Origin: Tepidisphaera sp.
GTDB taxonomy: Bacteria; Planctomycetota; Phycisphaerae; Phycisphaerales; UBA1924
Direction: 5' to 3'
DNA length: 64,000 nucleotides
Assembly (NCBI GenBank): GCA_050916045.1
Contig: CP051526.1
Location: forward strand, 1,920,001-1,984,000
A model generated the notes under the pieces. It was not told the DNA's origin, did not search any database, and saw only the letters and a list, made by a program, of their open reading frames with translations. Made by a program: the position numbers and the translations under genes. Positions 1 through 9,404 of the stretch are shown here, in pieces. Within the stretch, counting starts at the first letter, position 1; every line of letters starts with the position of its first letter.

Positions 1-2
1 CC

Positions 3-1169
3 GCCCAGCTCGGCTACATCACCCAGTACGCCCGGATCGTCGAAGACCGCCTCGTCCGCCGCATGGCCCACGAAGCCGCCGCCACCCCGGACCGCCAAGC
101 CGTCATCGATATCCTCATCATCTCCGGCGGCGGTGACTTCGGCGCCTTCGGCGCAGGCTTCCTCCAGGGCTGGGGCTGGAACGTCACTCCCGCATCCGAC
201 CTCCAGAAACGCCCCGAATTCGACATCGTGACCGGCGTCTCCACCGGCGCGCTTATCGCCCCCTACGCCTTCATCGGCACGTCTCCCGAATACGACCGCG
301 TCGCCGACCTCTACTCCGCGCCCAAGAAAGAGTGGTTCGTCAGCCGCGGCTTGCTCAAGCTCCTCTTCGGAGCCGAGTCCTACATGGACACCTCCGGCCT
401 CCGCGCGGAGCTCGACAACCAGATCACAAGCGAAACCATCTCCGCCATCGCCCAAGGCGAACGCGAGCACCGCTCCCTCTGGATCGGAACCACCAACCTC
501 GACCTCGGCGTCCTCTACCCCTGGGACCTCACCCTCGAAGCTCGCGGCATCGTCGAAGCTCCGCCCTCCGTCGAGCAGACATCCGGCTCCGCCGAAGCCA
601 ACCGCATCGCCGAGCCCGTCGGAGCCCACGGTGCCCGCGCAAGCCGCTTCCGCGATGTCCTCCTCGCCTCCGCTTCCATCCCCGCCGTCTTCCCCCCGGT
701 CGTCATCGACGACACCCTCTACGTCGACGGCGGCACCACCTCCAACATCCTCTTCGACGTCGATCTCCTCCAGCCCGGCGGCCCCGTCGAACGCTTCCGC
801 AAGGACAACCCCTCCCTCCGCCTCCCTCGCTTCCGCTACTGGATCATCATCAACAACAAGATCGGAGCCGACGGACACATCGTCCAGCCCACCTGGCTCA
901 GCATCACCAAAGCAAGCGTCGCCACCGCCATCCGCTCATCCACCCTCGGAAGTCTCAAACACCTCGAAGCCCTCACCGAACTGCAGCGCTGCAAAGGCAT
1001 CGATTCCGAGTTCCGCTTCGTCTGCATCCCCGACGACTGGCAACCCCCCGTCGAAAGCCCCGAACCCTTCGACCCTGCTCTGATGAACTCCCTCCTCGAC
1101 CTCGGCCGCCAGATGGGCGAACGCTGGGAAAGCTGGCGCACCGACCTCTCCGCCAACATTACCGACTAA
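3..1169 (+). CDS. Patatin-like phospholipase family protein (5' end probably outside the window)
   Basis: GGGDFGAF glycine-rich loop, GVSTG nucleophile elbow (GxSxG) and DGG motif; the frame is open from base 3, upstream of the ATG at 63. Confidence 0.9.
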   Translation, partial: AQLGYITQYARIVEDRLVRRMAHEAAATPDRQAVIDILIISGGGDFGAFGAGFLQGWGWNVTPASDLQKRPEFDIVTGVSTGALIAPYAFIGTSPEYDRVADLYSAPKKEWFVSRGLLKLLFGAESYMDTSGLRAELDNQITSETISAIAQGEREHRSLWIGTTNLDLGVLYPWDLTLEARGIVEAPPSVEQTSGSAEANRIAEPVGAHGARASRFRDVLLASASIPAVFPPVVIDDTLYVDGGTTSNILFDVDLLQPGGPVERFRKDNPSLRLPRFRYWIIINNKIGADGHIVQPTWLSITKASVATAIRSSTLGSLKHLEALTELQRCKGIDSEFRFVCIPDDWQPPVESPEPFDPALMNSLLDLGRQMGERWESWRTDLSANITD

Positions 1170-1196
1170 TCAGAGCCCGACGCGCCAGCGAGGGAA
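1170..1196 (+). repeat. REP-like dispersed repeat, copy 1 (TCAGAGCCCGACGCGCCAGCGAGGGAA)
   Basis: Identical to 1264-1290; 26 of its bases match the reverse complement of 10063-10088. Confidence 0.9.
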
Positions 1197-1263
1197 AAGC
1201 GGCCCAAGGTCTCCAACCGCAACCGTCTCCCATCGTCACACGCGACCTTCGCCCGCCACTCTG

Positions 1264-1290
1264 TCAGAGCCCGACGCGCCAGCGAGGGAA
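1264..1290 (+). repeat. REP-like dispersed repeat, copy 2
   Basis: 27-bp exact direct repeat of 1170-1196. Confidence 0.9.
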
Positions 1291-1378
1291 GTACGAAGTC
1301 CGGCCAACTCCCCAAGACATGCATCGTCGCCAACGACGACCACGTTCACCGCGCCTCCCCGCACCCCTAGCGTTCCTC

Positions 1379-1813
1379 ATGACCCTCCAGCAACAGATCG
1401 ACACCTTCTTGAGCGGCTCACCCTTCGCCGTCTGCGGCGCTTCTCCCGACCGCCACAAGTACGGCAACAAGTGCTTCCGCTGCCTCCTCCAAGCCGGCCG
1501 CACCGCATTCCCCATCAACCCTTCCGCCGCCGAAGTCGAAAGCCATCAAGCCTTCGCCAAGCTCGCCGACCTCGCTTCGCATCTTGCCGCTTCCGACAAG
1601 CCGCCCATCCACGCCGTCTCCATCATCACGCCCCACCCCATCACCGAGAAAATCATCGAACAGATGGGCGAACTCAACATCAAACACGCATGGATGCAGC
1701 CCGGCGCTGAAAGCCCCAAAGCCATCGCCCGCGCCCGCGAACTCGGCATCAACACCATCGCCGGCGGCCCCTGCCTGCTCGTCATCCTCGGCTACCACGA
1801 ACACGCCGACTGA
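1379..1813 (+). CDS. CoA-binding protein (YccU-like)
   Basis: AVCGASPDRHKYG, PINP, WMQPG and GPC motifs; the true start is the ATG at 1379 within the long ORF 332-1813. Confidence 0.9.
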   Translation: MTLQQQIDTFLSGSPFAVCGASPDRHKYGNKCFRCLLQAGRTAFPINPSAAEVESHQAFAKLADLASHLAASDKPPIHAVSIITPHPITEKIIEQMGELNIKHAWMQPGAESPKAIARARELGINTIAGGPCLLVILGYHEHAD

Positions 1814-1862
1814 CGCCCGCCTCTCGTCTCTCGCCAAGAACGCCGTCCTTCAGCCCCTCCCC

Positions 1863-2288
1863 TTACTTCCCCGCCCGCGCCCTTGCCAACCGCGCGACCA
1901 CACCCCCGACCCAAGCGCCAAGGACCGCCGGGACCGCCAGAAACGCGTACATCACCATCTCAAACGGAATGAGATTGTGCGAGGTGGAGTCCTTCACAAT
2001 CTCCGCGATCGCGACAACCGGAAACACCGCCACGCTCGCCGCTCCGATCGCGACAGGATGCCAACGCGTCAAAGCCCCCGCGATCAGCCCAAGCACCAGC
2101 AAAGCCGCCGGAGCCGCCCACGACAAGCTCTCAACCGCCGTTCGGATCAGCGGAAACAGCGGCGCATCCATCAGCGGCTTGCTCGACACCATCACCGGCA
2201 CCACCACGCACCCCGCTCCAAGCGCCGCCATCGTGACCGCAACGAACGCCTGTTCACCGATCGAAACCGCACGTGTTTGCTGAACCAT
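1863..2288 (-). CDS. Small integral membrane protein (about 4 TM)
   Basis: Four hydrophobic stretches; SHNLIPFE motif; GAGG upstream of the ATG. Confidence 0.65.
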   Translation of the reverse strand: MVQQTRAVSIGEQAFVAVTMAALGAGCVVVPVMVSSKPLMDAPLFPLIRTAVESLSWAAPAALLVLGLIAGALTRWHPVAIGAASVAVFPVVAIAEIVKDSTSHNLIPFEMVMYAFLAVPAVLGAWVGGVVARLARARAGK

Positions 2289-2398
2289 ACCGCACCTCCT
2301 CGAAGACTAGTACACACTAACATGTCTCCTGCCCGTTGTCAAGGTCCAAGATCCCGAAATTTCGCGTCCTCCGCCCACGAACGCTCGATGACCTTGTC

Positions 2399-3262
2399 AT
2401 GAACTCCGACGCAACAGGCCGCCTCCGCCACGCTCTCGCCCAAGCCGGCCTCACCGATCGCGCGAGCGACATCCTCGAAAGCGCACGCCCGGGCGTCCGC
2501 TACACCCTCACGCGCGGCGAAAGCCCCCAGGGTGCGACCCGCTTCGGCGGGGCACCGGACCTTCCCTCCGGCTTCGCCTGGCCCAACCACGAATCCATCG
2601 ACGCCCGCTTTGTCGCGCAGATCGACCTCGACCAACTCGCAGCGATCATGCCCGACAATCCTCTGCCGCACTCGGGTCTGCTTAGCTTCTTCTGGTGGCA
2701 GGAAGATTCCTATGGCGCGGATCCCGAAGGCTGCCGCGTCTACCACTTCCCCAAGCAAGCACTCCGCCGCGCCACCGACCCATGGTCCAAACGGCCCGAG
2801 CACATCGGCTTCTTCCGCCGCCTCTTCCGAGCAAAGCCATCCGAGAACGGCCAGGGCTGGCACGCCTGCTCCGCCAAGCCCGCGCTCGACCTCTGGCTCG
2901 ACCACCTCGCATGGGAGAACGGCCTGTCCAAGCGATTCACCCCGCAGGAATCCGAAAGCCTCTTCGAACTCCCGCCAGACTCCGGCTTGTCCTTCGAAGG
3001 TCACCACATCCTCGGCAACGCCCAGCCCATCCAGGGCGCGGTCGAAGTCGAAGCCGAACTTCCCGCAGGTGCCCACGGCGCCGCCGCGTGGGAGTCCGCC
3101 GCACGAACCGCCTCACGCTGGCGATGCCTCCTCGAAGTCACCTCCGACGGCCCGCCCGGCTTCTGCTTCGGAGATTGGGGTACCGTCTACTTCATGATCA
3201 CCGAAGACGACCTCCAAGCCCACCGCTTCGACCGCGTCCAGCCGGTCATGCAGTGCCACTGA
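2399..3262 (+). CDS. YwqG/DUF1963 family protein
   Basis: FGGAPDLP..WP, FVAQIDL, LP..GLLSFF, HHILG..PIQ, FGDWGTVYFMI and C-terminal QCH. Confidence 0.88.
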   Translation: MNSDATGRLRHALAQAGLTDRASDILESARPGVRYTLTRGESPQGATRFGGAPDLPSGFAWPNHESIDARFVAQIDLDQLAAIMPDNPLPHSGLLSFFWWQEDSYGADPEGCRVYHFPKQALRRATDPWSKRPEHIGFFRRLFRAKPSENGQGWHACSAKPALDLWLDHLAWENGLSKRFTPQESESLFELPPDSGLSFEGHHILGNAQPIQGAVEVEAELPAGAHGAAAWESAARTASRWRCLLEVTSDGPPGFCFGDWGTVYFMITEDDLQAHRFDRVQPVMQCH

Positions 3263-3308
3263 CCTGCCCCACGCGAAAGCCCGAGTCGTCATCCACCTAG
3301 CATTCCCC

Positions 3309-4706
3309 ATGGCCCACACACTCCTGATCCTGCCCTTCCTTCTCGCGCCGCTCCTCCACGCGCCCGCCCTCGCCCAGCCCGAGCAGCCCGCCGTCGAGAA
3401 GGCCGACGCCCCTTCCATCTCGCAGATCCTCGGCACCTACATCCAAGCCGCCAAAGCCGACAACGAAGACGACCTCGCCGCCGCACGCAGGGGCCTCGTC
3501 GAAGCTTTCGAACGCCAAGCCCCGACCGCCGACGACCGCAAGCTCATCCTCACCCGCGCTGCCGAACTCAAGCCCGTCGATGACTGGTGGGACGACCCCG
3601 CCGTCGACCTCATCCTCCTTCTGGACTCCTCGCTCACCCTCTCCGACCTGCCGACTCTCCGCGAGACTTTCGACAACCTCAACCCCAACGCCAAAGGCGC
3701 CGTCCTCCGCTGCATCGCCAGCCTCGACGACAAAGCCGCCGCCCAGACCTTCCTCGACCTCGCCCGCGCCGCTTCCAAAGCCAACCAGCTCCCCATGCTC
3801 ATGCTCGGCGACTACGCCGACTCCGACACCGCTCTCCCCGTCCTCGTCCCCGGCATCCTCGACCTCACCGCCCGCGATGATCAGCCCGCGTACGAGGTCT
3901 TCCACCTCTTCCTCGGCCTCGCCCAGCAGGACCGCCTCTCCGACGAGACCAAAGCCAAGACGATGGCCGCCGCCCAATCCGCCATCCAACGCATCGTCCC
4001 ACGCGTCCTTCAGTTCGAAAAAGACTCCCCCCTCGCCCTCCGCACCCCCAAGCAGCAGGAGGACCACGAGGACCTCTGCGCCCTCGCCGGCGTCATCCTC
4101 GACATCGTCTCCCACGCCGACGCCGCCACGATCGAACGCATCGCCCGGCCCGCCCTCGCGGTCAAGTCCACCAACATCCGCATGTGGGCTTGCATCGCGC
4201 TGCTCACCGGGGGCAAGACGGTGCCCCCCGAGGTTCCCCTCTCGATCGCCGACGACATCACCCAGCGCGAGCGGTTCATGCGGATCCTGCACAACCGCGG
4301 CTTCGGAGACGCGTTCCCCGAGAAGTACCGAAACAACGCCGACGCGGCCGCCGCCAACATGGTCCAGTGGCTCATGCACCCCAACGAGCTCGGCGAAGCC
4401 CCGGCCGAGTTCGAACTCGCCAAACGCTTCGAATACACCGAGAGCGGCCAAGCCGTCGAGTACTTCGTGTACCGGTTCAAGGAGAAAGCCGACCCGGATG
4501 AGCCGGCTCCCGCTTGGCTCATGGGTGTCTGCGGCCCGTACACCGTCGGCATCTTCGACCGCGAGGGCGGCGCCCACACCTTCAGCCGGTTCCAGCCCTG
4601 GGACCCCGAGCGGCTCGAAGATGAAGTGAAGGAAGTCCGCAAGCTGATCGACTCCGCGTGGCAGGAGCAGCTGGGCACACCCTCTCGCCGCAAACCCAAG
4701 TGGTAA
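3309..4706 (+). CDS. Secreted helical hypothetical protein
   Basis: Signal peptide (ALA-Q), strong codon bias, 465 aa. Confidence 0.7.
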   Translation: MAHTLLILPFLLAPLLHAPALAQPEQPAVEKADAPSISQILGTYIQAAKADNEDDLAAARRGLVEAFERQAPTADDRKLILTRAAELKPVDDWWDDPAVDLILLLDSSLTLSDLPTLRETFDNLNPNAKGAVLRCIASLDDKAAAQTFLDLARAASKANQLPMLMLGDYADSDTALPVLVPGILDLTARDDQPAYEVFHLFLGLAQQDRLSDETKAKTMAAAQSAIQRIVPRVLQFEKDSPLALRTPKQQEDHEDLCALAGVILDIVSHADAATIERIARPALAVKSTNIRMWACIALLTGGKTVPPEVPLSIADDITQRERFMRILHNRGFGDAFPEKYRNNADAAAANMVQWLMHPNELGEAPAEFELAKRFEYTESGQAVEYFVYRFKEKADPDEPAPAWLMGVCGPYTVGIFDREGGAHTFSRFQPWDPERLEDEVKEVRKLIDSAWQEQLGTPSRRKPKW

Positions 4707-4708
4707 GG

Positions 4709-5149
4709 TCAGCGGTCCCCTGACACGACAACGATGCGGGGTTCGATGTCGGTCGTGAGACGCCACGCGGCGGAGCATTCGGGGCAGACGGTGCAGCCGT
4801 CGGGCTCGGGCTCGTGGCTTGAGAGGTCGTAGGCGCACGCGGCGCAGAGCTTGCGAGAGCTCATCGAGACCCGGAGGACCTGCGAGCGTTCACGCCACGC
4901 GGTGCGGATGTTGGCCAGAGCGGTCAGGATGACCGTCATCGTCGGAGCGATCACCACCGAGAAGATCGTGAGGCCCACGACTTCGGGCCCGACCAGCGCG
5001 ATCGCCGCGATGCCCACGAGCGTGATGCCCCCGACCAGCATCAGGCCGATGCCGAGCGGCGAACGCCACGCGAGCCGCGGACCGCCGGGGAGGAAGCGGA
5101 CCAGACGGACCGCTTGATTCCGATCGTCCTGGGCGTGAAACCTGATCAT
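4709..5149 (-). CDS. 2-TM membrane protein with C-terminal CxxC...CPEC zinc ribbon
   Basis: Two hydrophobic helices followed by CAACAYDL...CPECS; GGAG-free start at ATG 5149 is uncertain. Confidence 0.7.
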   Translation of the reverse strand: MIRFHAQDDRNQAVRLVRFLPGGPRLAWRSPLGIGLMLVGGITLVGIAAIALVGPEVVGLTIFSVVIAPTMTVILTALANIRTAWRERSQVLRVSMSSRKLCAACAYDLSSHEPEPDGCTVCPECSAAWRLTTDIEPRIVVVSGDR

Positions 5150-5422
5150 GCCAAGGAGTGTTCGCCGTTCGAGCGGGTTTCGATGCTCGGATGAGGATTT
5201 TCGCGAGTGGAGGGGTGAGGTTTCGGTCAGGAGACCCCGCCAAGCGGTTCCTCCAGCGATCGGTGCCGATAAACCATGCGGCTCCCTTCCAGCGGTCGCG
5301 TCACCCCGATTTCCCGACAATTTCACCCGCACTTCCCACCGCCGTGCGCACACCGCCGGTCACCGCGCGCCCGCATCGCAAACCCACCGAAAGACAACCC
5401 CCGCGCACGTGATTGCTCTCGC

Positions 5423-5998
5423 ATGAGCACCACTGCGCGCAAACCACCCTCGCACGAAGCCCTCCTCGCCGATCTCTTCGAGCTCAACTTCCGCATCGAG
5501 GACCTCATCGCCAAGCACGAGCTCACGCCCGCGCAGTTCCTCGCTTTCTCCGAGGACGAAACCGTCCGCAAAACCCTCGAAGCCTTCGAGCAGATGCAAA
5601 CCCGCCACCAGCGCATCCTTGCCCGCCAACACCAAGCCGGCTCCGTCGGCTACCTCCACCAATGCATCATGGACGCCCCGTCCACCATCGAAACCCGCCG
5701 CGCCGCCACCGCCCTCGCCAGACTCACCACCGTCATGCTGGCGCCGCCTCAACGAGCCCGCAGCGCCAGCAAGGGAGATCCCGCCCAAACCCAACAACCC
5801 ACAACAACCCCCAATCCCACCAACACCCCGACCAAATCCGCCACAACCCCCACCACGCCAACCCCCGCAATCCCTTCCACAAGCAAACCCACCACCTCAC
5901 TCGAAGCCCAACTCCCCACCCCAGCCCTCGTCATCACCACCCCCGCGCGAACCCCCCACACCGCATCGACGCGATCCCCTCCCCGCGCCAGCGGATGA
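5423..5998 (+). CDS. Hypothetical protein: helical N-terminus with a Pro/Thr low-complexity tail
   Basis: Coding-like codon usage from ATG 5423; the tail begins at an internal repeat copy. Confidence 0.55.
   Translation: MSTTARKPPSHEALLADLFELNFRIEDLIAKHELTPAQFLAFSEDETVRKTLEAFEQMQTRHQRILARQHQAGSVGYLHQCIMDAPSTIETRRAATALARLTTVMLAPPQRARSASKGDPAQTQQPTTTPNPTNTPTKSATTPTTPTPAIPSTSKPTTSLEAQLPTPALVITTPARTPHTASTRSPPRASG
5752..5776 (+). repeat. REP-like repeat variant (ACGAGCCCGCAGCGCCAGCAAGGGA) inside a CDS
   Basis: One mismatch to the reverse complement of 10096-10120. Confidence 0.8.
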
Positions 5999-6011
5999 AA
6001 GCCGCTCCTTC

Positions 6012-6040
6012 CCCCGTGCCATCGGCGACACGGGGTTGTT
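6012..6040 (+). terminator. Hairpin CCCCGTG...CACGGGG followed by TTGTT; possible terminator
   Basis: 7-bp stem just downstream of the stop at 5998. Confidence 0.4.
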
Positions 6041-6082
6041 GGCACACATGTGTGTCGGACGTGGGTGTGGTACAACACGGCG

Positions 6083-6682
6083 ATGGAGATGCTTCGAGCG
6101 ATGTGGCCGCTGTTGGTGCTTGGCGGGTTGCTGGTGTTGGCGTTGGCCGTGATCGCGGTGCTCAAGGGTGGGGGCGGGGGCGGCGAGCAAGCCGAGGAGG
6201 AGAAGCCCGGCGGGGCGGATGTGTACATCAAGCGGGCGGGGCTGCTCACGCCGGCGGAGCTTGCGTTCTACAAGGTGCTGGTGGCGGCGGTGGGGACGCG
6301 ATATGTGGTGATGGCGCAGGTGAGCCTGGCGGGGATCTTGGAGGTGGATCGGGCAAGGGTGAAGGAGGAGGGAGGAAAGCGGAATGGGTTTCAAGCGGCG
6401 TTCAACCGGATCAGTCGGAAGACGGTGGACTTTGTGCTTTGCGAGCCTGGGACGATGCGGATCGTGGCGGCGGTGGAGCTTGACGATCGGTCGCACGAGC
6501 GGGCGGAGCGGAAGGAGCGGGATGGGTTTGTGGAAGCGGCGATGAAGGCTGCGGGGCTGCCGCTGATGCGGGTGAAAGCGGCGGGAAGCTATGACTTGGC
6601 GGGGGTGCGGGGGATGGTGGAGGGAATCGAACGAGACGGGGCGGTCGGGAGTCCATCCACGACGCGCCGAAGCGGCGGGTAG
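6083..6682 (+). CDS. DUF2726 domain protein with N-terminal TM
   Basis: LLTPAE..FY, AQVSL, VDFVLC, AVELDDRSH, RD..V, AGLPLMR. Confidence 0.88.
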   Translation: MEMLRAMWPLLVLGGLLVLALAVIAVLKGGGGGGEQAEEEKPGGADVYIKRAGLLTPAELAFYKVLVAAVGTRYVVMAQVSLAGILEVDRARVKEEGGKRNGFQAAFNRISRKTVDFVLCEPGTMRIVAAVELDDRSHERAERKERDGFVEAAMKAAGLPLMRVKAAGSYDLAGVRGMVEGIERDGAVGSPSTTRRSGG

Positions 6683-6708
6683 AGGCACCCGGCCTAGGCT
6701 CCAGAGCG

Positions 6709-7209
6709 ATGTCAGATCTGCTCACAAGTCTGTTTGACGGTTGGCCGGTTCGACCGCCGCGATCGATTCGATGGCTTTTGGAGATGGGGATTCTGGGTGT
6801 GGAGCGGGATTCCAAGCTGTGGCCGTGGTGTGCGGTCGAGCCACCGGGTTGGTTTCTTGCTCGGAAAGCGTGGCCTTACAGTTGTTCAGAACGTGATCTG
6901 CTCGTGTTTGCCAGACGTTATGATTGTGACGAACTGGCGTGCATCGACCTGAAATCGAAGGATCTCGAACGATGCGTTCTCATCGAAGGCTGGCAGGAGG
7001 ACGGCTTCTTCATCTTTCAGGAGTATGAGTCGAGCTGGGCCTGGGTGTTGGATGCGATTCGCGAGAGTGCGGAGTTTCTCGATCGAGATGCGAAAGGCCT
7101 TGAGGCATGGCGAAGTTCAGGGCGTGGCGGACAGCACGCTGATCATCCGTCGTTGCGTTCACATGGGTCGGAAGAAATCAGATTCGTGGGCGAGGATGTA
7201 GGGGAGTGA
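6709..7209 (+). CDS. Hypothetical protein, possibly SUKH/SMI1-KNR4-like immunity protein
   Basis: LVFARRYDCDELACID...YESSWAW pattern; atypical codon usage; overlaps the convergent gene by 51 bp. Confidence 0.5.
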   Translation: MSDLLTSLFDGWPVRPPRSIRWLLEMGILGVERDSKLWPWCAVEPPGWFLARKAWPYSCSERDLLVFARRYDCDELACIDLKSKDLERCVLIEGWQEDGFFIFQEYESSWAWVLDAIRESAEFLDRDAKGLEAWRSSGRGGQHADHPSLRSHGSEEIRFVGEDVGE

Positions 7210-7869
7210 AAGACCGATGCTCAGGCCGCCTTTGGGGAGTTCGAGCTTGTGGAACTGCTTGTCGAGCGAGTCCCAGATGAGCTTGGGTTGTTCGCCGAGA
7301 TCGTCCATCATGCGGAGTCTTGCTGATCGATCGGTGGGCGGGCCTGATGCGAACTGGGCGTTCCCGCGCTCGACCAAGGTGGCAGCGGCTTCGTGTCCGA
7401 GGAGGCGCAGGGCGGCGGGGGCGAGCGATGCGCCGTCGCCCGAGGAGTTCAGATAGTACTGATCGAAACCGCCATTGTTGATCTCGATCTCGAGGGCTTC
7501 GACGAGAAGAACGGCTCTGCGTGCGGGCGAGAGAAGCTGAACCCATTCGACATCGGGATCGATGGCGGCGAGTTCGGCACGGATGCTCTCCACAATCTGG
7601 CTATGGATCTGAGTCGCGGCGGCGAAGGACTCCTTCGGCCCGGAGCATGCGGCTCGAAGCTCTGCCGCTTTGGCGGCGGGGAGTCGTGTGTCAAGGTTTG
7701 GCGGGCGGGGTGGCGGTGGGTTGGCCAAGGGCGCGGCGGCGTCGCGCATGAGATCTCGTCGTATGTCGCCGTAGGGTTTGATCTCTCGGGTGGACCGGGC
7801 GTGGCGGATTACCAGTACCGCGACCGCGGAAGCAACAACCACGAGGGCGAAGATGAGAGCGTACTTCAT
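7159..7869 (-). CDS. DUF4375 (DMP19-like) domain protein with N-terminal membrane anchor
   Basis: EINNGGFDQYYLNSSG motif. Confidence 0.85.
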   Translation of the reverse strand: MKYALIFALVVVASAVAVLVIRHARSTREIKPYGDIRRDLMRDAAAPLANPPPPRPPNLDTRLPAAKAAELRAACSGPKESFAAATQIHSQIVESIRAELAAIDPDVEWVQLLSPARRAVLLVEALEIEINNGGFDQYYLNSSGDGASLAPAALRLLGHEAAATLVERGNAQFASGPPTDRSARLRMMDDLGEQPKLIWDSLDKQFHKLELPKGGLSIGLSLPYILAHESDFFRPM

Positions 7870-7920
7870 GGTTGGTGGGATCTCGGCGAGGTCTGGGGAG
7901 ATTGGGAGCTGTTGGTTGGT

Positions 7921-9168
7921 TCAGCGTAGGTCGGAAGCAAGCAAGCATCGCCAGCCCTTGGACTGCCATTGGGCATCAAGGTAGCGGGATGGATTGGCGG
8001 CGATGGTGGTCCAGGAGACGTCTGGAAAGATCGTGATGTCGCAGTGCTCGACGTCGGCGTTTGCGAAGAAGCGGAGCGTGGGAAGCCAGCAGAGGAAGTA
8101 GTCGCCGTCGTAATCGACGGCTGAGGCGATGAGGTTCACGGCGGGGACCGGTACTTCGATGAACGGATCCGATGCGAGGTCCCGGTCTGACCGGGGCGGG
8201 TCTTCGAGCTTGAGTTCGCCGAGCGAGAGAGCGGCAAGCGGGAGAAGTGTGACAGCGCCGGCTTTGGAAGTGGCGGCGTTGTACTGGAGCTGACGGTTGG
8301 CGGCGAGGAACGCGATGAGATCGGCGGGGAGGTGGAATGGGTTGGAGTCGTCGTGCGGCGTTCCGATGGGGAGGGAGAAGGGCATGGTGAGGAGCGGGGG
8401 TAGTGGCTTGGGGCGGAGTAGGTTGAGGAGGGGGCTGAGCAAGCGTGAGGAGAGAGACGGTTGAGGGCGTGGCGATTGAGAATCGGAGTTCGGTGCTTTG
8501 ACGTTCTGCGGGCTGCTGCCGGGGTGGGCTTTGAAGAATCGCTGCACGCGGGCTCGGAGTTCGGGCGCTTGGATCGCGCCGGGTTGCACGTGGCGGGTGC
8601 GGAGGTAGCTTTGGAGGTTTGTGAGCGAGATGCCGGTGTTGGCGAAGTGGATGGCGAGGTCGGGTTGAGACCTTGCGATGAGGGTGTAGAGGAGGTGCTC
8701 CGGGGTTGCGCGGGCTTCGCCGAGTTGCTCGGCGGTACGAAGAGTTTGCGTGAGGATGTCGCGGGACTCGCTGCTGAGCTCGAAGGTGGTGCCTTCGGGG
8801 AAGTAGAGCATGTTGACGCGTGGGAGGGCGGCGATGATGCGTGGTCGCAGGTATGCGGCGTCGGTGCTGCACCAGGCGAGGCAGGCTTGGATGGAGGGGG
8901 TTGGGTCGGTGAGGAGGGCGAGCAGCAGGTGGAGGGGGAGGATCGTCGTGGGCGGAGTGCCGGCGGCGGCGGGGCTGGCGGGGAGCGGCTGGCCTGGGAG
9001 CTCGTGATTGAGCATGAGCCGCACGAACTGGCTTGCGGCGAGGACGATCGCGTCGACATCGGCGGTCGGTGTCGCGTGCAGACGGCCGCACTCGGGGCAG
9101 ACCCCCGAGTCGAGCCCGGCGATGTCGTACCCGCATGAGAGACAGGGTTTCACGGCCTCAAGACTCAC
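7921..9168 (-). CDS. Multidomain hypothetical protein: zinc ribbon + Clp N-terminal-like repeats + possible SUKH-like C-terminus
   Basis: CLSCGYD...CPECG; HLLLALL and TPEHLLYTL Clp-N-like motifs; LPADLIAFL...LCWLP. Confidence 0.65.
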   Translation of the reverse strand: MSLEAVKPCLSCGYDIAGLDSGVCPECGRLHATPTADVDAIVLAASQFVRLMLNHELPGQPLPASPAAAGTPPTTILPLHLLLALLTDPTPSIQACLAWCSTDAAYLRPRIIAALPRVNMLYFPEGTTFELSSESRDILTQTLRTAEQLGEARATPEHLLYTLIARSQPDLAIHFANTGISLTNLQSYLRTRHVQPGAIQAPELRARVQRFFKAHPGSSPQNVKAPNSDSQSPRPQPSLSSRLLSPLLNLLRPKPLPPLLTMPFSLPIGTPHDDSNPFHLPADLIAFLAANRQLQYNAATSKAGAVTLLPLAALSLGELKLEDPPRSDRDLASDPFIEVPVPAVNLIASAVDYDGDYFLCWLPTLRFFANADVEHCDITIFPDVSWTTIAANPSRYLDAQWQSKGWRCLLASDLR

Positions 9169-9404
9169 GTCAGGTGATGGTGGTTGGGGGCGAGAGAGGG
9201 CGGCGAGAGCAGAATGAGTCTATGGGAGTGGGTTGCGGGGCTATCAGCGGGGTCGCTTGGACCCTCGTGATGGATGCACATCTTTCGTGGGAAGATGCAG
9301 TAGACGCTATGGGTGGCCTTTGTGCGGTCGGAAACGTTGCTGCGGCTTCAACTGGTGGCGGCCGGGCTACACCCGCCTCAGGTTCAGGGGAAGGGGTCTG
9401 GATA

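Noticed and set aside
1170..1290. Two identical 27-bp repeats separated by 67 bp as a mini CRISPR array
   Set aside because: Only two units, the spacer is too long, there are no cas genes, and further copies are dispersed and inverted elsewhere.
5999..6082. Classical oriC at the skew switch
   Set aside because: No DnaA boxes (TTATNCACA), AT-rich unwinding element or dnaA/dnaN genes are visible; it is kept only as a skew-switch finding.
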